Assembly: GCA_026396515.1 (NCBI GenBank)
Contig: JAPLWQ010000002.1
Location: 257,230 to 321,229, forward strand
DNA from: Candidatus Magasanikiibacteriota bacterium
Lineage (GTDB): Bacteria; Patescibacteriota; Patescibacteriia; Magasanikbacterales; GWA2-37-8
DNA: 64,000 nt
Direction: 5' to 3'
The notes under the pieces are model-generated. The model was not told the DNA's origin. It did no database searches and saw only the letters and a list, made by a program, of their open reading frames with translations. Positions 56,109 to 63,930 of this stretch are shown piece by piece. Each line of letters begins with the position of its first letter. Position 1 is the stretch's first letter. The translations under genes were made by a program, and so were the position numbers.

Positions 56109-56981
56109 TTATACTGCTATCGGAAATTCAATTTTCGGATAGCTTTGATAATTTTCCAGGCGCGTGTCCTCTGCCTTCCAGTCGAAAATGGATGTAAAAT
56201 TGTCAGTGATAATTTGCGGCAGAGGATATGTGCTCGGATCGCGGGTTATCTGTTCTTTCGCGCCATCGAGATGATTAACATAAATATGCGTGTCTGCCAA
56301 AAATCCGACCAGCTTGCCTTCTTTCAGCCCGGATTCTTTTGCCAGTAAGTGTAGTAGCAAGGCGTACGAGGAGATATTGAACGGTAGACCGAGCATGGTA
56401 TCCACCGAGCGCTGATTCCAGAGCAGATTTAACTTTCCATTTATCACTGTCACCTGAAATGCGTAGTGGCAGGGTGGCAGAGCCATTTCCGGAATTTTAA
56501 TCGGGTTCCAAGCGGAGACAATCATTCGGCGGTCGCCTGGGTTTGATTTTAGTTTATCAACCATCTGCTTCAACTGATCAATGCCCTTGCCGGTATAATC
56601 GGTGTCGTATGAATCGTAATCGGCGTTGAAATGGCGCCACTGGAAACCGTATATCGGGCCGAGATCCCGTTCAGCCGCCATCTTCGCCTTGGTTTCTTCA
56701 TCGTGTCCGTATGGAACTTTTTTCGGGTTGGCCCATTCATCCCAGATGTGGCATTTTCTTTCCTTGAGCCATTCTTTGTCGGTTAATCCCTTGATAAAAA
56801 ATTCTAATTCAGCAGCCATTATTTTGAACGGCATTTTTTTAGTCGTAAGAAGAGGGAAACCCTGCGACATATCGTGTTCAAACATGGCGCCGGCTATGGA
56901 AATAGCATCAACGCCGGTGCGGTTTTCTTTGCGCTCGCCGGTTTCCAGAATTTTTTTGACTATATCAAGGTATGCCTTCAT
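56109..56981 (-). CDS. thyA: Thymidylate synthase (ThyA type)
   Basis: Active-site LPPCH region, RR/W motifs, full-length. Confidence 0.9.
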   Translation of the reverse strand: MKAYLDIVKKILETGERKENRTGVDAISIAGAMFEHDMSQGFPLLTTKKMPFKIMAAELEFFIKGLTDKEWLKERKCHIWDEWANPKKVPYGHDEETKAKMAAERDLGPIYGFQWRHFNADYDSYDTDYTGKGIDQLKQMVDKLKSNPGDRRMIVSAWNPIKIPEMALPPCHYAFQVTVINGKLNLLWNQRSVDTMLGLPFNISSYALLLHLLAKESGLKEGKLVGFLADTHIYVNHLDGAKEQITRDPSTYPLPQIITDNFTSIFDWKAEDTRLENYQSYPKIEFPIAV

Positions 56982-56986
56982 ATTTT

Positions 56987-57238
56987 TTAATTCATTTCTT
57001 TAATTTTTCTTCTTTGTTCTTCAATTTTTGCCTGAACTTCCGCGCGAACCTGATTCGCCTGTTCAGGAGAAAGGATGCGGGCATTTTTTAGTTCGGCCTG
57101 TTGCCGGCGTTTTTCAGCATTTGCGGCATTTTCTCTGTCCATTTCCGCCACAGCCGCCTGGTATTCCGGGTTATCCGGCACTTTCATACCAAAAGGCAAG
57201 CGTTCGGACGGGTTAAATTGAGGAGTTTCTGGAGACAT
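56987..57238 (-). CDS. Hypothetical small protein (83 aa)
   Basis: Positioned between dut and thyA on the same strand; charged, helical C-terminus. Confidence 0.35.
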   Translation of the reverse strand: MSPETPQFNPSERLPFGMKVPDNPEYQAAVAEMDRENAANAEKRRQQAELKNARILSPEQANQVRAEVQAKIEEQRRKIKEMN

Positions 57239-57298
57239 ATTTAAATAATTATTTTTAACTATTTTCCCGTGGCGCTGAGCGCCACTTTTTTAGGACGC

Positions 57299-57721
57299 TT
57301 AGCGTCCCGTACTGCCGAATCTGCCGTCGCCGCGCGAGCTGTCCGAGAGCTCGTCGGATTCAATCAACTCGGCAATAGCAACAGGGTAAATTATTAATTG
57401 GGCGATTTTATTTCCTTTTTTTATTTCATATGGCTGTTGTCCGAGATTGATCAGCTGAACATTGTATTCTCCGCGATAACCCGCGTCATACACTCCGCCC
57501 ATTGTATGAATGCCGCCGTTTTTCGGCAGGCTGCTTTTGTCTTTTATGATAGCGGCATAGCCCGGTTCGAATTCGGTGGCAAAGCCGAGATCAAAAACTT
57601 TTCGTTCTCCCGGCTGTAAAATATAATCGTCCAGAGAATATAAATCCATTCCCACGTCGCCCGGGTGAGCGTAGGTGGGGAGCACCGCATCGGGTTTCAG
57701 GCGTTTAATTTTTAACTGCAT
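57299..57721 (-). CDS. dut: dUTP diphosphatase
   Basis: dUTPase motifs 1-5, including GVYDAGYRGE and SSRGDGRFGSTG. Start set at the MQLKIKRLK ATG; the track's N-terminal extension overlaps the upstream gene. Confidence 0.85.
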   Translation of the reverse strand: MQLKIKRLKPDAVLPTYAHPGDVGMDLYSLDDYILQPGERKVFDLGFATEFEPGYAAIIKDKSSLPKNGGIHTMGGVYDAGYRGEYNVQLINLGQQPYEIKKGNKIAQLIIYPVAIAELIESDELSDSSRGDGRFGSTGR

Positions 57722-58292
57722 ATTTATCAACCAGTTTATCAAGCTGACTGTATAGTTCTTCAATTGTGCCATTGTTGTCGATTTTTTCATTTGCCTCTTT
57801 GGCAATGTCGGCGATTTGCAGTTCAGCTTCCTTTTGGTGGTCGAGTTTAAATTGCTCGATTGTTTTTTTAGTGTCATCCGTGTTTTCACCCCGTTTTGTT
57901 ATTCGGTCAAAGCGCTTTTCCATGTCTGCAAATATATTTATCAATACAAACCCGGGAATTTGACGCAAATATTTTACATCGCCGGGGCGCCGTATCCCAT
58001 CAATACAAACTATTTTACTAACGTCATTCTTTACGTCTTCAGCCATAACTTTGGAAAGCGTTTCCTCGCCAAAGTGGCTGCGGATTGCAGTTGACATGGT
58101 CTGCATATTGTCGCGGCTCTGTTCAAGATAAAGGCGGTCACAGAGGTCGCGGAGCATGGTTGAAAATCGGTAGGGCGCGGCGCCGTATTTTGTTTTTAAA
58201 TAGCCGGCGGCAGTCCCTTTTCCACTGGCAATTAATCCGGTAAAGCCGAATACTATTTTATTGGTTGGCATATGGTTCAATGCTGTCGTCAA
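57705..58292 (-). CDS. P-loop nucleotide kinase (dNMP-kinase / dephospho-CoA-kinase-like)
   Basis: GFTGLIASGKGTAAGYL Walker A; small kinase fold; dTMP cluster context. Confidence 0.5.
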   Translation of the reverse strand: MTTALNHMPTNKIVFGFTGLIASGKGTAAGYLKTKYGAAPYRFSTMLRDLCDRLYLEQSRDNMQTMSTAIRSHFGEETLSKVMAEDVKNDVSKIVCIDGIRRPGDVKYLRQIPGFVLINIFADMEKRFDRITKRGENTDDTKKTIEQFKLDHQKEAELQIADIAKEANEKIDNNGTIEELYSQLDKLVDKYAVKN

Positions 58293-58749
58293 AGTACTTC
58301 AATTCTATTCCCGTCGCTTTAAACATCGCTTCCGTTTCTTCATACACATGGTACCTTTTTGCGTATACAGCGCGCTTTATGCCGGCTGCAATTAATAATT
58401 TGGCGCAGGCGGGACATGAGGTGTATTTTTCATAAATAGTGGCGCCATCAATGCTGATGCCGCGCCTCGCCGCCTGGCAAATGGCGTTCTGTTCCATATG
58501 AATCGTGCGCATGCAGTGTTGGCTTGTTTTGCCATCCTCATGTGTGACAGTTTTCATTTGGTGACCGACGTCGTCGCAATGTGGTAAACCCGGAGGTGAG
58601 CCGACATAGCCCGTAACAAGAATTTGTTTGTCTTTTACCACAACGCACCCGCCTCTGCCCCGGTCGCAAGTGGAGCGTGATGCAACAGTACGGGCAATTT
58701 CCATAAAATATTCATCCCATGATGGCCGGACGTATTTTTCCTCAGGCAT
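58258..58749 (-). CDS. dCMP deaminase (ComEB-like)
   Basis: HMEQNAI and SCPACAKL zinc-binding motifs. Confidence 0.85.
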   Translation of the reverse strand: MPEEKYVRPSWDEYFMEIARTVASRSTCDRGRGGCVVVKDKQILVTGYVGSPPGLPHCDDVGHQMKTVTHEDGKTSQHCMRTIHMEQNAICQAARRGISIDGATIYEKYTSCPACAKLLIAAGIKRAVYAKRYHVYEETEAMFKATGIELKYFDDSIEPYANQ

Positions 58750-58750
58750 A

Positions 58751-59290
58751 TTATTTTGGAGCTTTTTTATTAAAAATTACAAAATTATGTTTTATTTTTG
58801 CGTCAGTGGACATATCCGGTGAATATGGAGCGACTTCCACAGGTTTTACCTGCGCCGGTTTTTTCGACTTAAGTGCCTCTGCCGTTTTCGGCGGCGTAGG
58901 TTCGCTGTTGCCGATCGCGATTTCCAGAAATATGTCCATCGCTTCGAGTGCCTGGTTGAAATTTTTCCTGGCCGTATCTGGGATAATGCCGTAAACGTAT
59001 CTGGCGAAAGTCTCATCCGGTGAAACGTCGATTTGCACTTTTTGGCGCGGATCTCTGACTTCTTTGACCAGCCCCGCCAATTCTTCGTCCGGTTCCGGTG
59101 GTCTGACTTTTTTTCCTTGTGACAAATCCTGCAGATATGTCACAAGCCGGATAATTTCTCCGACTTTTTTCATGTCATATCCGTTTGTTACCAGAGTGTC
59201 CACCTTTTTCATCATTGATTCAAACGGTCCGTAAAATTTTGCGCTTTCGCGCGTTTCCGCATGTTCCTCAAAAAGCTGAAATTTTTCCAT
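58751..59290 (-). CDS. Hypothetical protein (179 aa)
   Basis: Tightly packed with the dCMP deaminase gene; no motif recognised. Confidence 0.4.
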   Translation of the reverse strand: MEKFQLFEEHAETRESAKFYGPFESMMKKVDTLVTNGYDMKKVGEIIRLVTYLQDLSQGKKVRPPEPDEELAGLVKEVRDPRQKVQIDVSPDETFARYVYGIIPDTARKNFNQALEAMDIFLEIAIGNSEPTPPKTAEALKSKKPAQVKPVEVAPYSPDMSTDAKIKHNFVIFNKKAPK

Positions 59291-59342
59291 AAAATACGGT
59301 AAATGTCTCCAGTATCATATCAACAAAACGCTCGTTTTGGCA

Positions 59343-59375
59343 AGAAAAAAACACCCCGTATTTAGGAGGGTGTTT
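59343..59375 (-). terminator. rplA terminator
   Basis: AACACCC-...-GGGTGTT hairpin with a T-run on the minus strand. Confidence 0.55.
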
Positions 59376-59513
59376 TGTTCAATATTTTTGTATTACCCCG
59401 CACCAGAAAGCTACCGAATTTTTCTTGTTTTTTACGCAATCCCCATCCGCTTTCGGTGCGGGGTTGCGCTCCGCCTTATTTATAATCAAGAAAATGATTA
59501 TTAATTGCGGAGC

Positions 59514-60191
59514 TTATTTTTCAGCGATTTTTATTGACGGACCCATGGAAGCGGTAATAACCAGGGTTTTAATATATGTGCCTTTTTGTGTAGCCGGTTT
59601 TGCCTTGTTCAAAGCGCCGACAAAGGCCAGATAATTTTCTTTCAGAGCGTCGTTTGTGAAGCTGACCTTTCCAATTATTTGATGAATGTTGGAAGTGTCG
59701 TCGTTCTTAAAAGTGATTTTACCTTTTTTCAGTTCCTCAATCATTTTTTTGATGTTCGGACCGACTGTTTCTGTTTTTGGACTAGGCATCAAGCCTTTTG
59801 GACCGAGTACTTTGGCGATAGACGCCAGTTTTGGCATCATGTCCGGAGTGGTTACAGCCACTTCAAATTCAATTTTGCTTGTGTCTTTAATTTTTTTGAT
59901 CTCTTCTTCGCCATAGACGAAATCGGCGCCGGCTTCTTTAGCTTCTTTTTCCTTTTCCGCTCCGACAAAAGCAGCAATTGTTTTGCTCTTTCCTGTGCCG
60001 TGCGGCAGAACCACAGTGGCGCGGATTTGTTGTTCTCCCTTTTTCGGATCAATGCCCAGATTGGCATGTACCTCAATTGAGGCATCGAATTTTACGCCCG
60101 AAGTTTCTTTCACCAGGGCGATGGCTTCATCCACCGGATAGACGCGCGTTTTGTCCACCTTGGCGCGAAGTGCGCTCATTCTTTTTGACAT
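59514..60191 (-). CDS. rplA: 50S ribosomal protein L1
   Basis: Full-length L1 family match. Not preceded by rplK. Confidence 0.9.
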   Translation of the reverse strand: MSKRMSALRAKVDKTRVYPVDEAIALVKETSGVKFDASIEVHANLGIDPKKGEQQIRATVVLPHGTGKSKTIAAFVGAEKEKEAKEAGADFVYGEEEIKKIKDTSKIEFEVAVTTPDMMPKLASIAKVLGPKGLMPSPKTETVGPNIKKMIEELKKGKITFKNDDTSNIHQIIGKVSFTNDALKENYLAFVGALNKAKPATQKGTYIKTLVITASMGPSIKIAEK

Positions 60192-60339
60192 ATGTATATA
60201 TGTTAGTGGTTTTAACCCCCGGGTGTCCGGGGTCCCACCTAAAAATTATGTAATAGTTATAATACATTTGAGTTCTTTTGTCAATGAGCTACGGCAGAAA
60301 ATTTGATTTTCTGAAATAATAAATAGTAAAGGAAGACCT

Positions 60340-60368
60340 TGACAAAATGCCATTTTTGTGCTATACTA
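60340..60368 (+). promoter_or_regulatory. Strong sigma70-type promoter of the GC-rich PQQ-repeat gene
   Basis: TTGACAAAAT, 17 nt, TGcTATACT. Confidence 0.55.
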
Positions 60369-60467
60369 TTCAGTTAAGTTCATTGAAAAAGCACTTAGAT
60401 TAGCGAAAAAAAAGAATAACGGCAAAAACCGGTGCGAATGCGGTAAAACCCGCAAAAGGGAGAAAAA

Positions 60468-61985
60468 ATGAAGAAGATCATCGGGGTCTTGGCACTGTGT
60501 CTGCTCGGAACGATTGCGTGCTCCAATGGCGACATGGCGTCCGACGATACGGACGACACCGACACCATGGAGTGCGACGACGACACCGGCAGCGATGCGG
60601 ACGCGGATAGCGACAGCGACTCCGACTCCGACGCGGACAGTGACGGCGATGCGGATACCGGCAGCGAGACCGATACCGGCTCGGAAACGAGCACGGATTC
60701 GGACAGTGGCTCGGAGACCGATACGGATTCGGCGTCTGACACAGGGTCGGACAGTGAAACCGGAACCGAAGCTGACGCGGGAACGGACACCGGCAGTGAG
60801 ACCGACACAGGGTCGGAGACTGACACGGGTTCGGACACCGACAGCGAAACCGACTTCACGCTCCCGTATACCGGCTGGTTCGCCGAGGGCGGGTCGGGCG
60901 CGCACGCGAGTGCCAGCCCGGTCTACATTCATACCGGGTTTTACGATAGTGGTACGATCGACCTCGGCCTTCACTTCTGGTATACCCCGATCGTGGACGT
61001 TGATGGCAACATCTACGTTGCTGTTGATACCGGTGCGACGAACGCTAAGATCGTGTCGTATACGGAGAGTGGTGATTACCGGTGGGAGTTCGAATACCCG
61101 GCGTACTATGGTTGCCCGCGCGAGCCAGTGATGGACGACGCCGGTCACCTGTACGTTTCGGGCGCTCTTACCAACACGGTGTACTCCGTGAACACGGCAA
61201 CGGGCGAAGCGGTCTGGTCTTACCAGAGCGACGTTGTCATGATTGTCGAAGAGATGGTTCCGGTAGCGAATGGCGGTGTCGTGATCCGCGATATGAGTAG
61301 CGTGGAAGCAATCAACGAGGACGGCGAACAGGCTTGGGCGATCGATTCGCTCGGGATGTCCCCGCAGTTCATGACCACGGATGCTGATGGCACGCTGTAT
61401 CTGTCAATCGGCAGCGGCACGCTTCTGCAAATCGTGAATGGCGAAATCATTTGGTTGTTCGCAATGCAGGTTCAGACACGGCCCGCGCTGAAAGACGGCA
61501 TACTGTATGTGGTGGACATGGTCGCGAGCGACCCCGACCTCAACTCGGCCACCTACGCGATTCACGCTATCGATATTAACGAAGAGTCCATCGCTTGGAC
61601 TTCATCCGAGATGGTGATGGCCGCGAACAGCGCCAAGCCGAGCGGCGTGTCGGTGGCTAACAACCTGGTGTACTTCGGTGTCGAGAATAAAATCAAGATG
61701 CTGTCCCAGGCGACCGGCATCGAGGTCGGCGAATACGTCTTCGGCGAGGTGGATGGATACAGCTTTGCTCCGCCGGTCGTTGATCCGGACGGTGTGGTGG
61801 TTGCCGCAAGAGGCAACAAGCTGTACATGCGTTACCTTGGCTCGTGGGATATAGTTTTCACGCCGAGCGTGGACATCCCCGACAACACCACCACGACTGC
61901 TGTTCTACCGACGCCGATCGCTGTGAGGAAAAACGGCGGTTTGCTCGTCGGGAGCAAATCGGGCAGGCTGTACTTCTTCAACTAG
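60468..61985 (+). CDS. GC-rich secreted or lipoprotein PQQ-like beta-propeller repeat protein with a ~100-aa D/S/T/G-rich acidic linker. Looks foreign.
   Basis: Signal peptide MKKIIGVLALCLLGTIAC, DSDSDSDADSDGDAD...SETDTGSETDT low-complexity linker, and at least 6 PQQ/BamB-like blades (e.g. GNIYVAVDTG, GHLYVSGALTNTVYSVNTATGEAVW). GC3-rich. Confidence 0.7.
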   Translation: MKKIIGVLALCLLGTIACSNGDMASDDTDDTDTMECDDDTGSDADADSDSDSDSDADSDGDADTGSETDTGSETSTDSDSGSETDTDSASDTGSDSETGTEADAGTDTGSETDTGSETDTGSDTDSETDFTLPYTGWFAEGGSGAHASASPVYIHTGFYDSGTIDLGLHFWYTPIVDVDGNIYVAVDTGATNAKIVSYTESGDYRWEFEYPAYYGCPREPVMDDAGHLYVSGALTNTVYSVNTATGEAVWSYQSDVVMIVEEMVPVANGGVVIRDMSSVEAINEDGEQAWAIDSLGMSPQFMTTDADGTLYLSIGSGTLLQIVNGEIIWLFAMQVQTRPALKDGILYVVDMVASDPDLNSATYAIHAIDINEESIAWTSSEMVMAANSAKPSGVSVANNLVYFGVENKIKMLSQATGIEVGEYVFGEVDGYSFAPPVVDPDGVVVAARGNKLYMRYLGSWDIVFTPSVDIPDNTTTTAVLPTPIAVRKNGGLLVGSKSGRLYFFN

Positions 61986-62012
61986 CCGCTCTTTAATCCA
62001 CTGGAGTTCCTT

Positions 62013-62078
62013 CCTTTAGCCCTGACTTTCTACAGTCGGGGCACATCTAAAAGACACCACTTTACGTGGTGTTTTTTA
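62013..62078. terminator. Second copy of the conserved 3' module (CCTTTAGCC, hairpin 1, hairpin 2, T-tract); bidirectional
   Basis: GCCCTGACT/AGTCGGGGC and GACACCAC/GTGGTGTT hairpins. Shares the CCTTTAGCC prefix and the second-hairpin sequence with 46361-46426. Confidence 0.5.
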
Positions 62079-62348
62079 GTATGATTTTTTAATAATATTT
62101 TTTATCCCTTCGTTTTTAAGCTTTGTAATTTTTAATTTTATCCCACGGTTGTAGTCGCCGATTTTTCCGTCCGAGCGGGCGACGCGGTGGCAGGGGATCT
62201 TCGGGTCATAATTTTTATTTATAACTTTCCCTACTGCCCGCGCCGCCCTGGGCCGGCCGGATTTTCGTGCTACTTCGCCATATGTTAAAACTTTTCCTTT
62301 GGAGATTTTAGCGACGACCGATTTAACTTTTTGGGTGAAAGTTAGCAT
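62076..62348 (-). CDS. Methylated-DNA--protein-cysteine methyltransferase (MGMT/Ogt) DNA-binding and active-site domain; minimal 90-aa form
   Basis: PCHRV active-site motif and an HTH (VLTYGEVA). Confidence 0.7.
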   Translation of the reverse strand: MLTFTQKVKSVVAKISKGKVLTYGEVARKSGRPRAARAVGKVINKNYDPKIPCHRVARSDGKIGDYNRGIKLKITKLKNEGIKNIIKKSY

Positions 62349-62857
62349 TAAGAGAGCATATTATTTATAAACTCAATCTTTTTTGCATAATAATTCCTCG
62401 GGGACGTGCCATCATTTTGTATTTTTAATGTTTCATATTCTTTGAGAGCGTTTGGGTCATTCCTCAGTATTTTCTCAAATTTTATTGACCGTTTCCAATC
62501 AGAATGATTTTTATTTATCAAAAATATTTCAATTTTTATGTCATCAATATATTTAACAAAGCGTACACGCCTCAACGGGTAGACGCTACCCGGTTGGCCC
62601 AGATATTTAATGAGTTTGTCGAGGTAAACATTAAAATTTCTATTGGAGATGGGGATGTAGAGGTCTATCTCTCCTTGTCCGGCAATACCGAGTGCGGTTG
62701 AACCGCGAAGCGATATTCTTGTTTTACCCAAGACATTAATCAGGTCCTTTTTTATCATCTTAAATATTGTTTTGGTTTTCGGATTATAAGGCAGGACACT
62801 GATTATATTAGTGTCGCTTAAATGATTTACCCATTCTTGTTGTTCGGGTGTCAACAT
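62348..62857 (-). CDS. Nucleotidyltransferase-fold protein (GrpB-like / Lnu-like)
   Basis: RGSTALGIAGQGEIDLYI NTase-fold G[SG]...D.D signature. Confidence 0.5.
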   Translation of the reverse strand: MLTPEQQEWVNHLSDTNIISVLPYNPKTKTIFKMIKKDLINVLGKTRISLRGSTALGIAGQGEIDLYIPISNRNFNVYLDKLIKYLGQPGSVYPLRRVRFVKYIDDIKIEIFLINKNHSDWKRSIKFEKILRNDPNALKEYETLKIQNDGTSPRNYYAKKIEFINNMLS

Positions 62858-62883
62858 GTCGGGTATTCTATCAAGAAAATGAA

Positions 62884-62925
62884 AAAAATAAAAAAGCCGC
62901 CGGCGGGAAACGCGGGCGGCGAGGC
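62884..62925 (-). terminator. GC-rich intrinsic terminator of the GC-rich two-gene operon
   Basis: Minus-strand GCCGCC...GGCGGC hairpin followed by TTTTTTATTTTTTT. Confidence 0.5.
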
Positions 62926-62941
62926 GGGGAGCGATTGTCTC

Positions 62942-63307
62942 TCAGGTAGATACTTCCTTACTGAACGTAGAGAAGCCGATATCGTCGCGACTGACCGGGT
63001 GAACGAAACACTCGATCAGTGCGGTCTCGGGGAAGAATGCGCGGACGGTGGTAACCAGGGCAGCGGCGAGAGCGTCCCGAACATCCGGCGTGCGATCCGG
63101 CTTCTTGAGGAGACTGTCGACGTAGATGATGATCTCTTCGCCCAGGCCGGCGGACATCATGTCACTCGGGAAAAAGCAGGAGACCTGGTCTGCGACCAAC
63201 TCCAGCTCTTTGACCGCGGCGGTCGCTGCGCGCAGGTCATCGCAGAGTGCCTTGAGTTTCTTCTGGTTGGTCTTTCTCGGAATTCCGTAAACGATGATGA
63301 CTGGCAT
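62942..63307 (-). CDS. GC-rich hypothetical protein (121 aa) with an N-terminal Met-Pro (MPVIIVYG...), tautomerase-like
   Basis: Pro1 followed by a beta-strand, as in the 4-OT/MIF tautomerase superfamily; GC3-rich. Translationally coupled (TGATG overlap) with the upstream ORF. Confidence 0.45.
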   Translation of the reverse strand: MPVIIVYGIPRKTNQKKLKALCDDLRAATAAVKELELVADQVSCFFPSDMMSAGLGEEIIIYVDSLLKKPDRTPDVRDALAAALVTTVRAFFPETALIECFVHPVSRDDIGFSTFSKEVST

Positions 63308-63663
63308 CAGACTGCTCCCACGATAGGACCGAGGTCGGGGTCGACGGCGATTGCACCTTTCGGGACCTTGTCGCCGGCGCGGTAGAGGGCCGGACCGCCG
63401 ATGCTGAGGACGCGGCCGTCGAGTTCGTGTTCCAGCTCCTCGATGGTTTTCAGGACCCGCTGGCGGCTGGCCTCGTTGCCGAGGTGCAGCACGTTAGCCC
63501 TGCCGCCGCTGTAGTGCCAGTCGACCTTCGCCTTGGCCTTTTCGGCCACGCGTCGCACCCAACGCTCCACGGCGTTGGAGCTTCCGTCGACGACGCAGAC
63601 GCCTTTTCCTTTCTTGAAGATCGCGGGGTTGCACGGGGATGGGGTCGGTCCATCTGTTGCCAT
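63307..63663 (-). CDS. GC-rich hypothetical protein (118 aa)
   Basis: GC3-rich ORF with SD GGAGG 8 nt before the ATG. No family recognised. Confidence 0.45.
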   Translation of the reverse strand: MATDGPTPSPCNPAIFKKGKGVCVVDGSSNAVERWVRRVAEKAKAKVDWHYSGGRANVLHLGNEASRQRVLKTIEELEHELDGRVLSIGGPALYRAGDKVPKGAIAVDPDLGPIVGAV

Positions 63664-63702
63664 TGAAACACCTCCTGTGGGGTTTGTTCTAAGAACTAAA
63701 CA

Positions 63703-63732
63703 AAAAATAGCACCAAAGTGCTATTTTGTCAA
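63703..63732 (-). promoter_or_regulatory. Promoter of the GC-rich two-gene operon
   Basis: On the minus strand: TTGACAAAAT, 17 nt, TGcTATTTT. Nearly identical in pattern to the promoter at 60340. Confidence 0.5.
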
Positions 63733-63930
63733 CCCGGTAGAATGCATAGGGGCCTCTACCGGGCAGGCGCTCCCCATTAAGCACGTGTTTAGAACTTTAG
63801 ATTGGGATAAGATAGCCATTGATTTGCGTATTTTTCAAGAAGATTGCCATTTTGCTTTAAAATGATAGGATGTAAATAAGGGTAAAACAGTCTTGATTGC
63901 CCTGACTAAAAATGTAATGACCAATTGAAT

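Noticed and set aside
57722-57889. 56-aa N-terminal extension of dUTPase (MKTRMTLKKQSS...)
   Set aside because: It overlaps the upstream kinase gene. dUTPases are ~140-150 aa, and the conserved motif 1 begins right after the internal ATG at 57721.
60590-60860. Periodic short DNA repeats (gacagcgac.., tcggagac..), considered as a possible CRISPR array or satellite
   Set aside because: The repeats are 6-12 nt and in frame, with no spacer structure. They encode the DSDSDS/TGSETD acidic linker of the PQQ lipoprotein. No cas genes were seen in the window.
63895-63903. The 9-mer GCCCTGACT recurs near the right edge and in the 62019 hairpin
   Set aside because: A single 9-mer coincidence is expected by chance at this sequence length. 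There is no surrounding similarity.
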